Shown here in pieces: positions 55,520 through 64,000 of a stretch of DNA of 64,000 nucleotides. Origin of the DNA: a virus. The notes under the pieces are model-generated. The model had not been told where the DNA came from and ran no database searches. It was given only the letters and a program-made list of their open reading frames with translations. Location of the stretch: the IMG/VR virus record IMGVR_UViG_3300032309_000931, positions 29,876 through 93,875 of that record; one strand, written 5' to 3'. The position numbers and the translations under genes were made by a program. How positions within the stretch are numbered: position 1 is the stretch's first letter; each line of letters opens with the position of its first letter.

Positions 55520-55804
55520 CTAATCGTTTGTTAGATTTTTCCAGGTCTCAGCCCAGTCAGCCTTTGACCTATGCCTATTAAATTCTCGTGAGATCTTACC
55601 ATTTTCAAGATATACACCGCCCCAGACTCCCCAACCTTTTTGTGAGACTCCAGTAGCAAAGCATAACCTGGCAACAGGACAACCTGCACAAAGATTATCT
55701 ATCCCTACTCTGAGATCAAGATCTTCTTCGTACTTGTCAAAGAATAGGTTTGTGTCGTATCCATCACAACGTGCTTTAGATTTCCAGTTTTCACTTTGCA
55801 TCAT
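55520..55804 (-). CDS. whiB: WhiB-family Fe-S transcription factor
   Basis: W...A.C...DT.LFF, C..CPV...C, GVWGG. Confidence 0.88.
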   Translation of the reverse strand: MMQSENWKSKARCDGYDTNLFFDKYEEDLDLRVGIDNLCAGCPVARLCFATGVSQKGWGVWGGVYLENGKISREFNRHRSKADWAETWKNLTND

Positions 55805-56012
55805 TTCCCACAAACTTGGATGGGATATCCCAGCCATCAAACTTTATGTTATAACGCTTCTGGATATTCCAGCTACCGTTACGGAATAGACCATTAGGCT
55901 TCATCCATCCAGTCGGAGATGGTGTGATCTCTTTTACGGTCCACCCATCCCACTCAAGAGACTTATTGTTTTCTACAATTGTCTCCATTTGTTCTAGAGA
56001 GTTAATCTTCAT
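55791..56012 (-). CDS. hypothetical protein
   Basis: AGGAGA RBS; L.WDGW.V. Confidence 0.65.
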   Translation of the reverse strand: MKINSLEQMETIVENNKSLEWDGWTVKEITPSPTGWMKPNGLFRNGSWNIQKRYNIKFDGWDIPSKFVGNDAK

Positions 56013-56382
56013 TATCTTCTCCTATTGTGTATATTACTTTTTTGATTTCTGCCGCATCAATTACTGATTGGCAACGGATGCAAGGCTTGCTGTCTCTATC
56101 CATACCCTTGGCATTTACCCTGGCTACATATATAACAGCACCCTTGACATTCCAATTTGCATCCCTGATTGCATCTACTTCTGCGTGAACAGAACAATGT
56201 GTTTTGATGTGCTCAGGTGATACGTAATAAGGATTATTACGATCCTTATTATAGCCTGTACCGATTACTCGTCCAGACTTTACTACTACCGCACCGTGCA
56301 TTCTACGAGACTTCGACTTCGAAGCAAAGTATCTTGCTACAGATAGGTAAGCTTTTTCTCTGTTACTCAGGTCGTACTCCAT
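56002..56382 (-). CDS. cytidine/deoxycytidylate deaminase family protein
   Basis: HGAVVV..G.N, HAE, SKPC..C. Confidence 0.85.
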   Translation of the reverse strand: MEYDLSNREKAYLSVARYFASKSKSRRMHGAVVVKSGRVIGTGYNKDRNNPYYVSPEHIKTHCSVHAEVDAIRDANWNVKGAVIYVARVNAKGMDRDSKPCIRCQSVIDAAEIKKVIYTIGEDNED

Positions 56383-56732
56383 TAGTATCTAAAAATCCCA
56401 ACGTCAATGTCTTTGTCTTCCGCCTCACGGACAAGATCAGACGTTGACTCCTTTGGCTGACTAAAGAAAGCAAAGTAGTCCATAGTGTGTATGCTTTCTT
56501 TTAGTGCCTTTGGTGGAAGCTTAAATACTCTAGTACGAATACCCTGAGCCTTTAGGCTACGTTCAGTGATATTAATGAACTCCATTGCAAAAGAATTAAC
56601 CTTTGCTGGACCAGCCGTATAGATAAGAAACTCTTCGTCACCTTCTTTAATTTCTGAAAGAGCTACACGCATTGCACGTAGGAATACGCTATAGTCCTCA
56701 AAGGATTTAGTCCCTTGAATACCAACCTTCAT
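56382..56732 (-). CDS. SLOG/YspA-like hypothetical protein
   Basis: MKVGIQGTKSFEDY N-terminus. Confidence 0.45.
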   Translation of the reverse strand: MKVGIQGTKSFEDYSVFLRAMRVALSEIKEGDEEFLIYTAGPAKVNSFAMEFINITERSLKAQGIRTRVFKLPPKALKESIHTMDYFAFFSQPKESTSDLVREAEDKDIDVGIFRY

Positions 56733-56733
56733 C

Positions 56734-57123
56734 TTACAATCCTTCTTTTAGTTTCTCAACGATAAACATTATCTTGTTTAATTGTACCTTATCCATAGTC
56801 ATTGTGTCAACCTCTATGGCTGTATCTTTTTCAATTTCTCCATTGATTACTTTTGCAACAAACACAGCATTATTTTTAATCCAGTACGCCTCTTCTTCAA
56901 TAATAAGAATGCGTAGGTTGATGCTGTCAAAGTATTTCATTGATTGTGTAGTTGCTGCAGGAAATGACTCGTCTTTCATAAAAATGTTTTTAATCAATTC
57001 ATTGGTACGGCTTTGTGATGCAAAAATTTTAATACCATTTTTAGGAATAAGGTTTCGCAGAGACCATCTGTATGTCAGCATTATTGACATCGCAGTTATT
57101 ATTGATCCAAATAAATATTCCAA
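56734..57123 (-). CDS. hypothetical protein
   Basis: N-terminal TM; AYWIKNN.V..A. Confidence 0.6.
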   Translation of the reverse strand: MEYLFGSIITAMSIMLTYRWSLRNLIPKNGIKIFASQSRTNELIKNIFMKDESFPAATTQSMKYFDSINLRILIIEEEAYWIKNNAVFVAKVINGEIEKDTAIEVDTMTMDKVQLNKIMFIVEKLKEGL

Positions 57124-57144
57124 AATAGCACCTAATTAATTATA

Positions 57145-57474
57145 CTACGAGTGTTCAGACATTGATCTAATGAAAGCTAATAGATTTGCCTTAATATCTT
57201 CTGGCAAACTATCTACTTCATCTTTATCAAACGCTTTCTCTGTTAGTCTTACAATTGGATTATTTACAGTAATATCCATACTAATAAAACCTTTTTGCCA
57301 AAGAAACATTATTTCTTCGTACATTTTTTGCCTAATTGCATTGTACAGGTCTACATCTATGTCTTGTAACTTATCTGTAAACTTGTACAAAAACTGTCCA
57401 GAGTCTGTTAATCCAGATACTTCAACACCGCCATTAAGTATTAGTTCATCTAATTTGCTAATGTCTTCATCCAT
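57145..57474 (-). CDS. hypothetical protein
   Basis: TAATG coupled. Confidence 0.6.
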   Translation of the reverse strand: MDEDISKLDELILNGGVEVSGLTDSGQFLYKFTDKLQDIDVDLYNAIRQKMYEEIMFLWQKGFISMDITVNNPIVRLTEKAFDKDEVDSLPEDIKANLLAFIRSMSEHS

Positions 57475-57695
57475 TAATTCTCACCTTTAGTTCTATTTTC
57501 AACAAGCTGCTCACGCTCGTCAATGATCTCAAAAGCAAACTCTTCTAGCTTAGTCTTGTCTGCCTTATTGTAGTGGTGTCCACAAAGCATTAGCTCTCCT
57601 GCAACACCCTTAACGTGTACATAGGCTTGTGAGGGACAGGCATCACAACGATCATTTGCTGTAAGTGTCCATTGGACTGTCTCTAGTTCTGTCAA
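57474..57695 (-). CDS. small actinobacterial zinc-binding protein
   Basis: LTANDRCDAC..QAYV, L.LCGHH. Confidence 0.7.
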   Translation of the reverse strand: MTELETVQWTLTANDRCDACPSQAYVHVKGVAGELMLCGHHYNKADKTKLEEFAFEIIDEREQLVENRTKGEN

Positions 57696-57703
57696 TGTGT
57701 CTC

Positions 57704-57880
57704 CTACTTGTCGGTGGAATAAAAACCAGAGCCTTTAAAACTAACCCCTACCTTAGAGTATACCCTAGTTAGCTCAGAATTGCAAGTCTTGCAGGTATAT
57801 CCAGGGTCATCTTCTGTCATCCCTCTACTAACAGTAGTCATAGTGTCACATTGCTGACACTTGTATTCGTAATAAGCCAT
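57704..57880 (-). CDS. FmdB-family zinc ribbon protein
   Basis: YEYKCQQC..CKTC...L.RVYS..GV.FKGSGFYSTD. Confidence 0.85.
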   Translation of the reverse strand: MAYYEYKCQQCDTMTTVSRGMTEDDPGYTCKTCNSELTRVYSKVGVSFKGSGFYSTDK

Positions 57881-57950
57881 TGTTATCCTTAAATAGTAAT
57901 CCCCCCCAGAAAATTCCAGGGGGAATACCATTATACTACAGATTCGCTAA

Positions 57951-58613
57951 TTAGCCAATAGCTGCCCAAGTCTTTGGACCAACGATGCCATCGGCAACGA
58001 GTCCCTTAGAGGTTTGGAAAGCAACTACTGCAGCGTGTGTCTTGGGACCGAAGTCACCATCTGCTGCTGTACCGATCTTGCCTTGAAGATAAACAACGTC
58101 TGGACCCTTTGAACCCTTCTTGAGAGTTGCACGTCTTCCAGGGTTAGCGGCAGCCTTTGCTGCGGCAGGTGCTGCTGGTGCAGCTGCGTTTCCGCCCTGT
58201 CCAGCTAGGAATGCCTCGTAGTCAAAGTTTGCTCCACCTGCACCGTGTCTTCCCATAATACGAGCTGAGAAGTGGAGGTGTGGACCGTAGCCACGTTCCT
58301 TTCCTAGTCCTGAAGCACCAGAAAGTCCAAGGACCTGACCCTGCTTCACGGCTTGACCTGGTGTGACATCAACACGGCTTAGGTGAAGGTAGTCAAAGTT
58401 GTAACCGTCTGAGGTGGTGTCAAGAAACACCATACGTCCTCCAGCACCTGAAATTGTTGTTGTTGTTCCAACTACTACACCGTCTGCAACGGCTACCACA
58501 GGTGTTCCTACCCCTACAACATAATCAGTTCCAGGGTTGACAGACTTACGTGCTTGGTGGGCTGCGAAGTTGTCTGAAATTCCAGCATTAACTGGACGAA
58601 TAAATCTTGGCAT
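57951..58613 (-). CDS. endolysin: M23 peptidase + peptidoglycan-binding domain
   Basis: GTDY..GTPVVAVADG, YLHLS, GPHLHF; LKKGSKGPDV..LQ, DGDFGPKT, DGIVGPKTW. Confidence 0.88.
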   Translation of the reverse strand: MPRFIRPVNAGISDNFAAHQARKSVNPGTDYVVGVGTPVVAVADGVVVGTTTTISGAGGRMVFLDTTSDGYNFDYLHLSRVDVTPGQAVKQGQVLGLSGASGLGKERGYGPHLHFSARIMGRHGAGGANFDYEAFLAGQGGNAAAPAAPAAAKAAANPGRRATLKKGSKGPDVVYLQGKIGTAADGDFGPKTHAAVVAFQTSKGLVADGIVGPKTWAAIG

Positions 58614-58679
58614 ATTTTTTATTTCTCCTTAAGGTTTTTAGTCATTATCTGACTTAATACCATTATACCAGAGTGTTTG

Positions 58680-58752
58680 TGTCCCCCCACAGGATTGAAC
58701 TGTGGACCCACAGATTAAAAGTCTGTTGCTCTACCAACTGAGCTAGAGGGAC
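58680..58752 (-). tRNA. tRNA-Lys(TTT)
   Basis: canonical cloverleaf, ACAGA-CTTTTAA-TCTGT. Confidence 0.9.
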
Positions 58753-58757
58753 AATTG

Positions 58758-58834
58758 TGCCGTGCCGAAGAATCGAACTTCGCTATCCAAAGGAAAGAGA
58801 TTTACAGTCTCCTGTGTGTCCCAGCACTCACGGC
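58758..58834 (-). tRNA. atypical tRNA-Tyr(GTA), reduced D-arm
   Basis: GGAGA-CTGTAAA-TCTCT, long variable arm, CGAAG-TTCGATT-CTTCG; D region GTG-CTGGGA-CAC. Confidence 0.7.
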
Positions 58835-58838
58835 AGAG

Positions 58839-58925
58839 CGGAAATAGTAGGATTCGAACCTACGGTAGAGTTTCCCCTACTCGTCATTAGCAGTGACGTG
58901 CTTTAGACCTCTCAGCCATATTTCC
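58839..58925 (-). tRNA. tRNA-Ser(GCT)
   Basis: CGTCA-CTGCTAA-TGACG, long variable arm. Confidence 0.9.
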
Positions 58926-58926
58926 G

Positions 58927-59000
58927 AGCCATCTGTGAGATTCGAACTCACGACTTCGATATTACAAGTATCGCACTCTGACCAACTGAGTTAAGACGGC
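58927..59000 (-). tRNA. tRNA-Thr(TGT)
   Basis: CGATA-CTTGTAA-TATCG canonical. Confidence 0.9.
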
Positions 59001-59383
59001 ATTCTCCAAGATCTTCCATTACCCTTATTTAATGCCCTATACGTTGATGTTAGGGAATGGCAATTTGGACAAATTAATCTTAGATTATCTATTTTGTTAT
59101 TATTATGATTGCCGTCAATGTGATCTGCTTCCAGTGGAACTATGTTAGTAAATGGATTTACTTCACACCAACCACATTGCTGACATTTGTTGTTATTAAT
59201 TTCTCTTAAATATCTTTTTACATATGCTGACACAACACCAGATGCCCTACCACCATCCATAAGTCCTACAAGCCATTTAGATATATAGTCTTTGTACTGG
59301 TAGTCTGCTTGACATTGATTGCTGCAATACTTGTAGCTATTCCTTGCCATTTCACCATTACAACTTAAACACTTATTCTGCAT
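58991..59383 (-). CDS. HNH endonuclease inside tRNA cluster
   Basis: CLSC..YCS..C; KCQQCG, LEADHIDG..NN..DNLRLICPNCHS. Confidence 0.88.
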   Translation of the reverse strand: MQNKCLSCNGEMARNSYKYCSNQCQADYQYKDYISKWLVGLMDGGRASGVVSAYVKRYLREINNNKCQQCGWCEVNPFTNIVPLEADHIDGNHNNNKIDNLRLICPNCHSLTSTYRALNKGNGRSWRMPS

Positions 59384-59424
59384 ACCATAATTATATCATA
59401 GATGTGGTCTGCATAACAACTTTG

Positions 59425-59496
59425 CTCCCCCTCGTGGATTCGAACCACGAACCAATTCATTAACAGTGAAACGCTCTGCCGTTGAGCTAAGGAGGA
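59425..59496 (-). tRNA. tRNA-Asn(GTT)
   Basis: TCCTCCT/AGGGGGA acceptor; loop CTGTTAA. Confidence 0.88.
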
Positions 59497-59558
59497 ATAG
59501 ACAAACCCTCTTAAGTTATATGTTTATTATACATCAACCTAAGAGGGCTGTCAAGTTA

Positions 59559-59804
59559 CTATGATTGTGGCGGTGTGTTTTTTCTGAATGCTGCATTAAT
59601 TTCTAAATCGGAAAGCTTGCCATCGTTAAGGTATCCACGAGAAAGATCCTCAAGAACATTGGCAACACCCATAACTCCAGCAAGGATTGCTGTTTGTAGT
59701 GTGTCAATTCCAATGATAGCACCAGCACCAATTGTTGTCAATGCGGATACCAAGAATAATGCAATGATTCTTCCTGTTACTTTTTTAATTGTGTTTGTAT
59801 TCAT
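59559..59804 (-). CDS. small membrane protein (holin-like)
   Basis: two TMs; L.DGKL...EINAAF. Confidence 0.55.
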   Translation of the reverse strand: MNTNTIKKVTGRIIALFLVSALTTIGAGAIIGIDTLQTAILAGVMGVANVLEDLSRGYLNDGKLSDLEINAAFRKNTPPQS

Positions 59805-59809
59805 ACATA

Positions 59810-59995
59810 TCACTCCTTCCCTTTTGGATTTCTTAGTCTGAATGTTATGATCCAAACTGCAAGAGTTATTAGAATTAGATTTCCTGTTACCTCTCTTGCA
59901 GACCCTTCTAGTAGTAGCCAAGCGATAGCCATACCGAGAAGTGTCCACGACTGCTCAATCATATCCTTGAGCAAATCTGTAATAAATTTCTTCAT
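59810..59995 (-). CDS. small membrane protein
   Basis: WTLLGM.IAW..LEGSA; AAGGAGG RBS. Confidence 0.65.
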   Translation of the reverse strand: MKKFITDLLKDMIEQSWTLLGMAIAWLLLEGSAREVTGNLILITLAVWIITFRLRNPKGKE

Positions 59996-61300
59996 TTATA
60001 TCCTCCTTAGCGATGTTGACGACATTGCTGACATTGTACCAATCTGGGCTACCTGACCAACAATGACTGCCGCAACAACTGTTTTGCTTGCAGTTTCACG
60101 AGATTCTGGACTCATATCTGAACCAACGTTTCCTGCAAAGTTAATTAAATCTGTTAACCCTTGAGCTATATCTCCAATTAATGGAACTGCTGCAAGCTCT
60201 TCATCAAGTACTATGTCGTCTGCCTGTGCTGCAAAGAATAGTGCATCCAAGGCTTCTTCATATTCTTCAGACCCTGGTTCTGATGTAGTTAAAGTTTGAT
60301 AAGCATCATTGATTATCTGTGTTACTTCTTCTTCTGTTAATTCTTGTGGTGATTGTGTTAGCAATTCTTCAGTTGTAAGATCAGTTGGTATTGTTGGCTC
60401 TTCTTCAACTACCGTTGGATTTTCTGGATTATCTTTGTCTGTTGGCTCACTTGGAGGCACAGGAATAAATGGTTCTTCTGGGTCTACAGGAGGATCTACT
60501 GGTGGCTCAGGGTCCACAGGAGGCTCTGTAGGCTCTGGTGTTGGTTCTACGGTTGGTTCTGGTGTAGGCTCTACAGTAGGCTCAGGAGTAGGCTCTACAG
60601 TGGGTTCTGAGGTAGGTTCTACAGTTGGCTCAGGGGTTGGTTCTGGGGTGGGTTCTACTGGTGGCTCTGGTGTTGGTGGAACAACTGGAGGCTCTGTTAC
60701 CTGAGTAAATCCTGCCTGTTCTAGACTGACAATACTTCTGTCGTGTAGACGAGCACCAGTTCTTAATTGAGTTTGTGTGCTCCAGTCTGTCCCATCTACC
60801 ATATATGTTAGTTGATAAGATCCATCTGTACTCTTAATTGCTGTAACTGTAATGTTTGTTGTATCTGGTGTACCCTGATTCCAAATTGGTCTAGCGGAAA
60901 TGTCGATTTGAAAACCTGCATCGCTAACTGTAATCTTTAAGTGTTCGTCTGTTCTCCAGTTTGGGTATACAACCCAGTCCATTGATAGGATTGAGATTGA
61001 TGGTGTCATTGGATAATCGTGGTATGTGCCATCTGGCTGTCCGAATGTTATTGTCGAGTTTGTTGTTGCATAAATCGTTGAGTATTCTACTCCATCAAAT
61101 ACGATTGGTGTTGATAGTGGAATTCTGTAGGATGAATCGTCTCCACCACAAGTGTTAAAAGTTACTACCTCGCCAGAACTAGGTGTGTAGATCTGGTGAT
61201 CATATACACAAGCCTCAGCTTCTGCAGGTAGGGCAAAGAACAACACGGCAGTTACTGCCAGCATTGTTGACAAACTCACGATAGATAGTAATCGTTTTAT
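59996..61300 (-). CDS. secreted/membrane protein with Pro-Thr-Glu linker repeats
   Basis: signal peptide, beta-rich N-domain, EPTPEPTV repeats; start possibly ATA 61300 (ORF track GTG 61279). Confidence 0.7.
   Translation of the reverse strand: MKRLLSIVSLSTMLAVTAVLFFALPAEAEACVYDHQIYTPSSGEVVTFNTCGGDDSSYRIPLSTPIVFDGVEYSTIYATTNSTITFGQPDGTYHDYPMTPSISILSMDWVVYPNWRTDEHLKITVSDAGFQIDISARPIWNQGTPDTTNITVTAIKSTDGSYQLTYMVDGTDWSTQTQLRTGARLHDRSIVSLEQAGFTQVTEPPVVPPTPEPPVEPTPEPTPEPTVEPTSEPTVEPTPEPTVEPTPEPTVEPTPEPTEPPVDPEPPVDPPVDPEEPFIPVPPSEPTDKDNPENPTVVEEEPTIPTDLTTEELLTQSPQELTEEEVTQIINDAYQTLTTSEPGSEEYEEALDALFFAAQADDIVLDEELAAVPLIGDIAQGLTDLINFAGNVGSDMSPESRETASKTVVAAVIVGQVAQIGTMSAMSSTSLRRI
60470..60690 (-). 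repeat. degenerate 12/24-bp coding tandem repeats (EPTP/EPTV)
   Basis: repeated GGCTC/GGTTC units. Confidence 0.8.
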
Positions 61301-61405
61301 TTTCCTTCACTCCTAAGTAAGCCTGGGGAAGCTTAACTATATAATTATACCATTATTTACATAAAGAAAAGGGCTGCCTAAGCAGCCCAATCCTAATATA
61401 TTTAG

Positions 61406-62365
<960 letters not shown>

Positions 62366-64000
62366 CTAAAGCATACAACTTACACACTCTGAAACGTCAG
62401 TGCCTTCTAGAGCCATCTGTCGAATTCTGATGTAGTAAATTGTTTTGATTCCCTTACTAAAGGCATAAATCTGTGCCTTATTAATGTCACGTGTTGTAGC
62501 AGTATCCTTGAAGAACAGGGTCAGTGATAGCCCCTGGTCTACGTGCTGTGTTGCAGCAGCGTAGGTATCAATGATTGCCTCTGGTCCAATCTCGTATGCA
62601 TCTGCAAAGTATTCACGATTATCGTTTGTAAGGAATGGTGCAGGGTAGTAGACACGACCAAGCTTGCCTTCCTTACGAATCTCAATCTGAGAAGCGATAG
62701 GGTGAATAGATGATGTTGAGTTATTGATGTATGAGATTGATCCTGTAGGTGGTACTGCCTGAAGGTTCTGATTGTAGATGCCGTGCTTCTTTACCAACTT
62801 AGCGAGCTCAGCCCAATCCTGTTGTGTTGGGATTTCAATATTTGCATTAGTGAATAGCTTGGCAACCTTCTTGGTTGCTGGCTTCCACTCTTGCTCGATG
62901 TACTTAGTAAAGAATTCACCAGTTGCATACTTAGACTTTTCAAATCCATCGAATGGGCTTCCAGTCTCTTTGGCAAGCTTGTTAGATGCCTTTAGAGCGT
63001 GGTACAACACAGTGTAGAAATAGATGTTGGTGAAGTCAATCCCCTCTTCAGAGCCGTAGTGAATCTGCTCACGACCAAGGTAGCCGTGTAGGTTCATCTG
63101 ACCAAGACCAATAGCACGAGACTTCTTGTTACCCTCAGCAATCGACATTACAGATTCAATGTATGACATATCTGCAACCGCTGTCAATGCACGGATTGCT
63201 ACCTCAATAGTCTTACCAAAGTCTTTGCCATCCATAACTGCAGCAATGTTTAGTGAACCAAGGTTGCAAGAGATATCTTTGCCAATGCTGTCGTAGCTCA
63301 GGTCTGCGTTGTATGTGGTTGGTGTGTTAACCTGAAGAATCTCAGAGCAAAGGTTAGACATATTGATCCGACCATCAATTGGGTTGGCATCGTTTACTGT
63401 GTCTTCATAGACAATGTATGGATACCCTGACTCAAACTGAAGCTCTGCAATACGCTCAAACAAGACACGAGCCTTGATCTTGCTCTTACGAATCTCAGGG
63501 TTGTCAACCATTTCCTGATACTTCTCAGTAATAGAAATATCGCTCATTGGTACTCCGTAGATACGCTCAACATCATATGGTGAGAAGAGATACATATCAT
63601 CGTTAGTCTTAGCAAGATCAAGTGTGACATTTGGAATAACAACACCAATACTAAGAGTCTTGATACGCATCTTCTCGTCTGCATTCTCACGCTTAGTGTC
63701 TAAGAAGTTAAGGATATCTGGGTGGTGTGCGTTTAGGTATACTGCCCCAGCCCCCTGACGAGCACCTAGCTGGTTGGCGTAGGAGAATGAGTCTTCGAGA
63801 AGCTTCATTATTGGAATGACCCCAGAAGACTGGTTCTCAATCTTCTTGATTGGAGCACCTGCTTCACGAAGGTTTGTGAGGTTTAGTGCTACACCACCGC
63901 CACGCTTTGACAGCTGGAGTGAGGAGTTGATTGCACGAGCAATCGATTCCATGTTATCCTCAATACGGAGTAGGAAGCAAGAAAAAAACTCTCCCCTTTG
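62366..64000 (-). CDS. nrdE: class Ib ribonucleotide reductase alpha subunit (5' truncated)
   Basis: [40 protein letters not shown]-terminal CVSCML. Confidence 0.96.
   Translation of the reverse strand, partial: QRGEFFSCFLLRIEDNMESIARAINSSLQLSKRGGGVALNLTNLREAGAPIKKIENQSSGVIPIMKLLEDSFSYANQLGARQGAGAVYLNAHHPDILNFLDTKRENADEKMRIKTLSIGVVIPNVTLDLAKTNDDMYLFSPYDVERIYGVPMSDISITEKYQEMVDNPEIRKSKIKARVLFERIAELQFESGYPYIVYEDTVNDANPIDGRINMSNLCSEILQVNTPTTYNADLSYDSIGKDISCNLGSLNIAAVMDGKDFGKTIEVAIRALTAVADMSYIESVMSIAEGNKKSRAIGLGQMNLHGYLGREQIHYGSEEGIDFTNIYFYTVLYHALKASNKLAKETGSPFDGFEKSKYATGEFFTKYIEQEWKPATKKVAKLFTNANIEIPTQQDWAELAKLVKKHGIYNQNLQAVPPTGSISYINNSTSSIHPIASQIEIRKEGKLGRVYYPAPFLTNDNREYFADAYEIGPEAIIDTYAAATQHVDQGLSLTLFFKDTATTRDINKAQIYAFSKGIKTIYYIRIRQMALEGTDVSECVSCML

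Overview
64 kb from a large lytic, tailed dsDNA phage, most likely a siphovirus of Actinobacteria. The host call rests on WhiB, class Ib NrdE/NrdF, ThyX, an MSMEG_6728-like protein, AGAAAGGA-type RBSs and many apparently leaderless genes. 1-27 kb (mostly minus strand) is the virion module: tape measure, two paralogous tail chaperones, major tail, head-tail genes, major capsid, protease/scaffold, portal, tail-fibre-like proteins and NlpC/P60. 42-64 kb holds accessory and metabolic genes, a five-gene glycosyltransferase block, an endolysin, seven tRNAs and RNR. The standout is 28.0-42.1 kb: about 40 mostly tiny ORFs, many below the ORF-track cutoff, in 12 self-contained modules delimited by 13 boundary elements. 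A typical boundary reads [DnaA box(es)]-GCGC(CCC)-TTACGA-TTCCC-promoter (TGTCGG-N10-TAtAcT)-AAAGGACA RBS. By manual scan, GCGC occurs only at these 13 boundaries in the whole window, and within 28.2-39.5 kb GATC and AGCT are confined to intergenic DNA. The region also has two families of covarying structured-RNA candidates, an anti-SD hairpin and a lone tRNA-Asp. It ends in an AT-rich, DnaA-box-bracketed ori/terminus-like segment. All annotations come from reading the sequence; no database searches were run.
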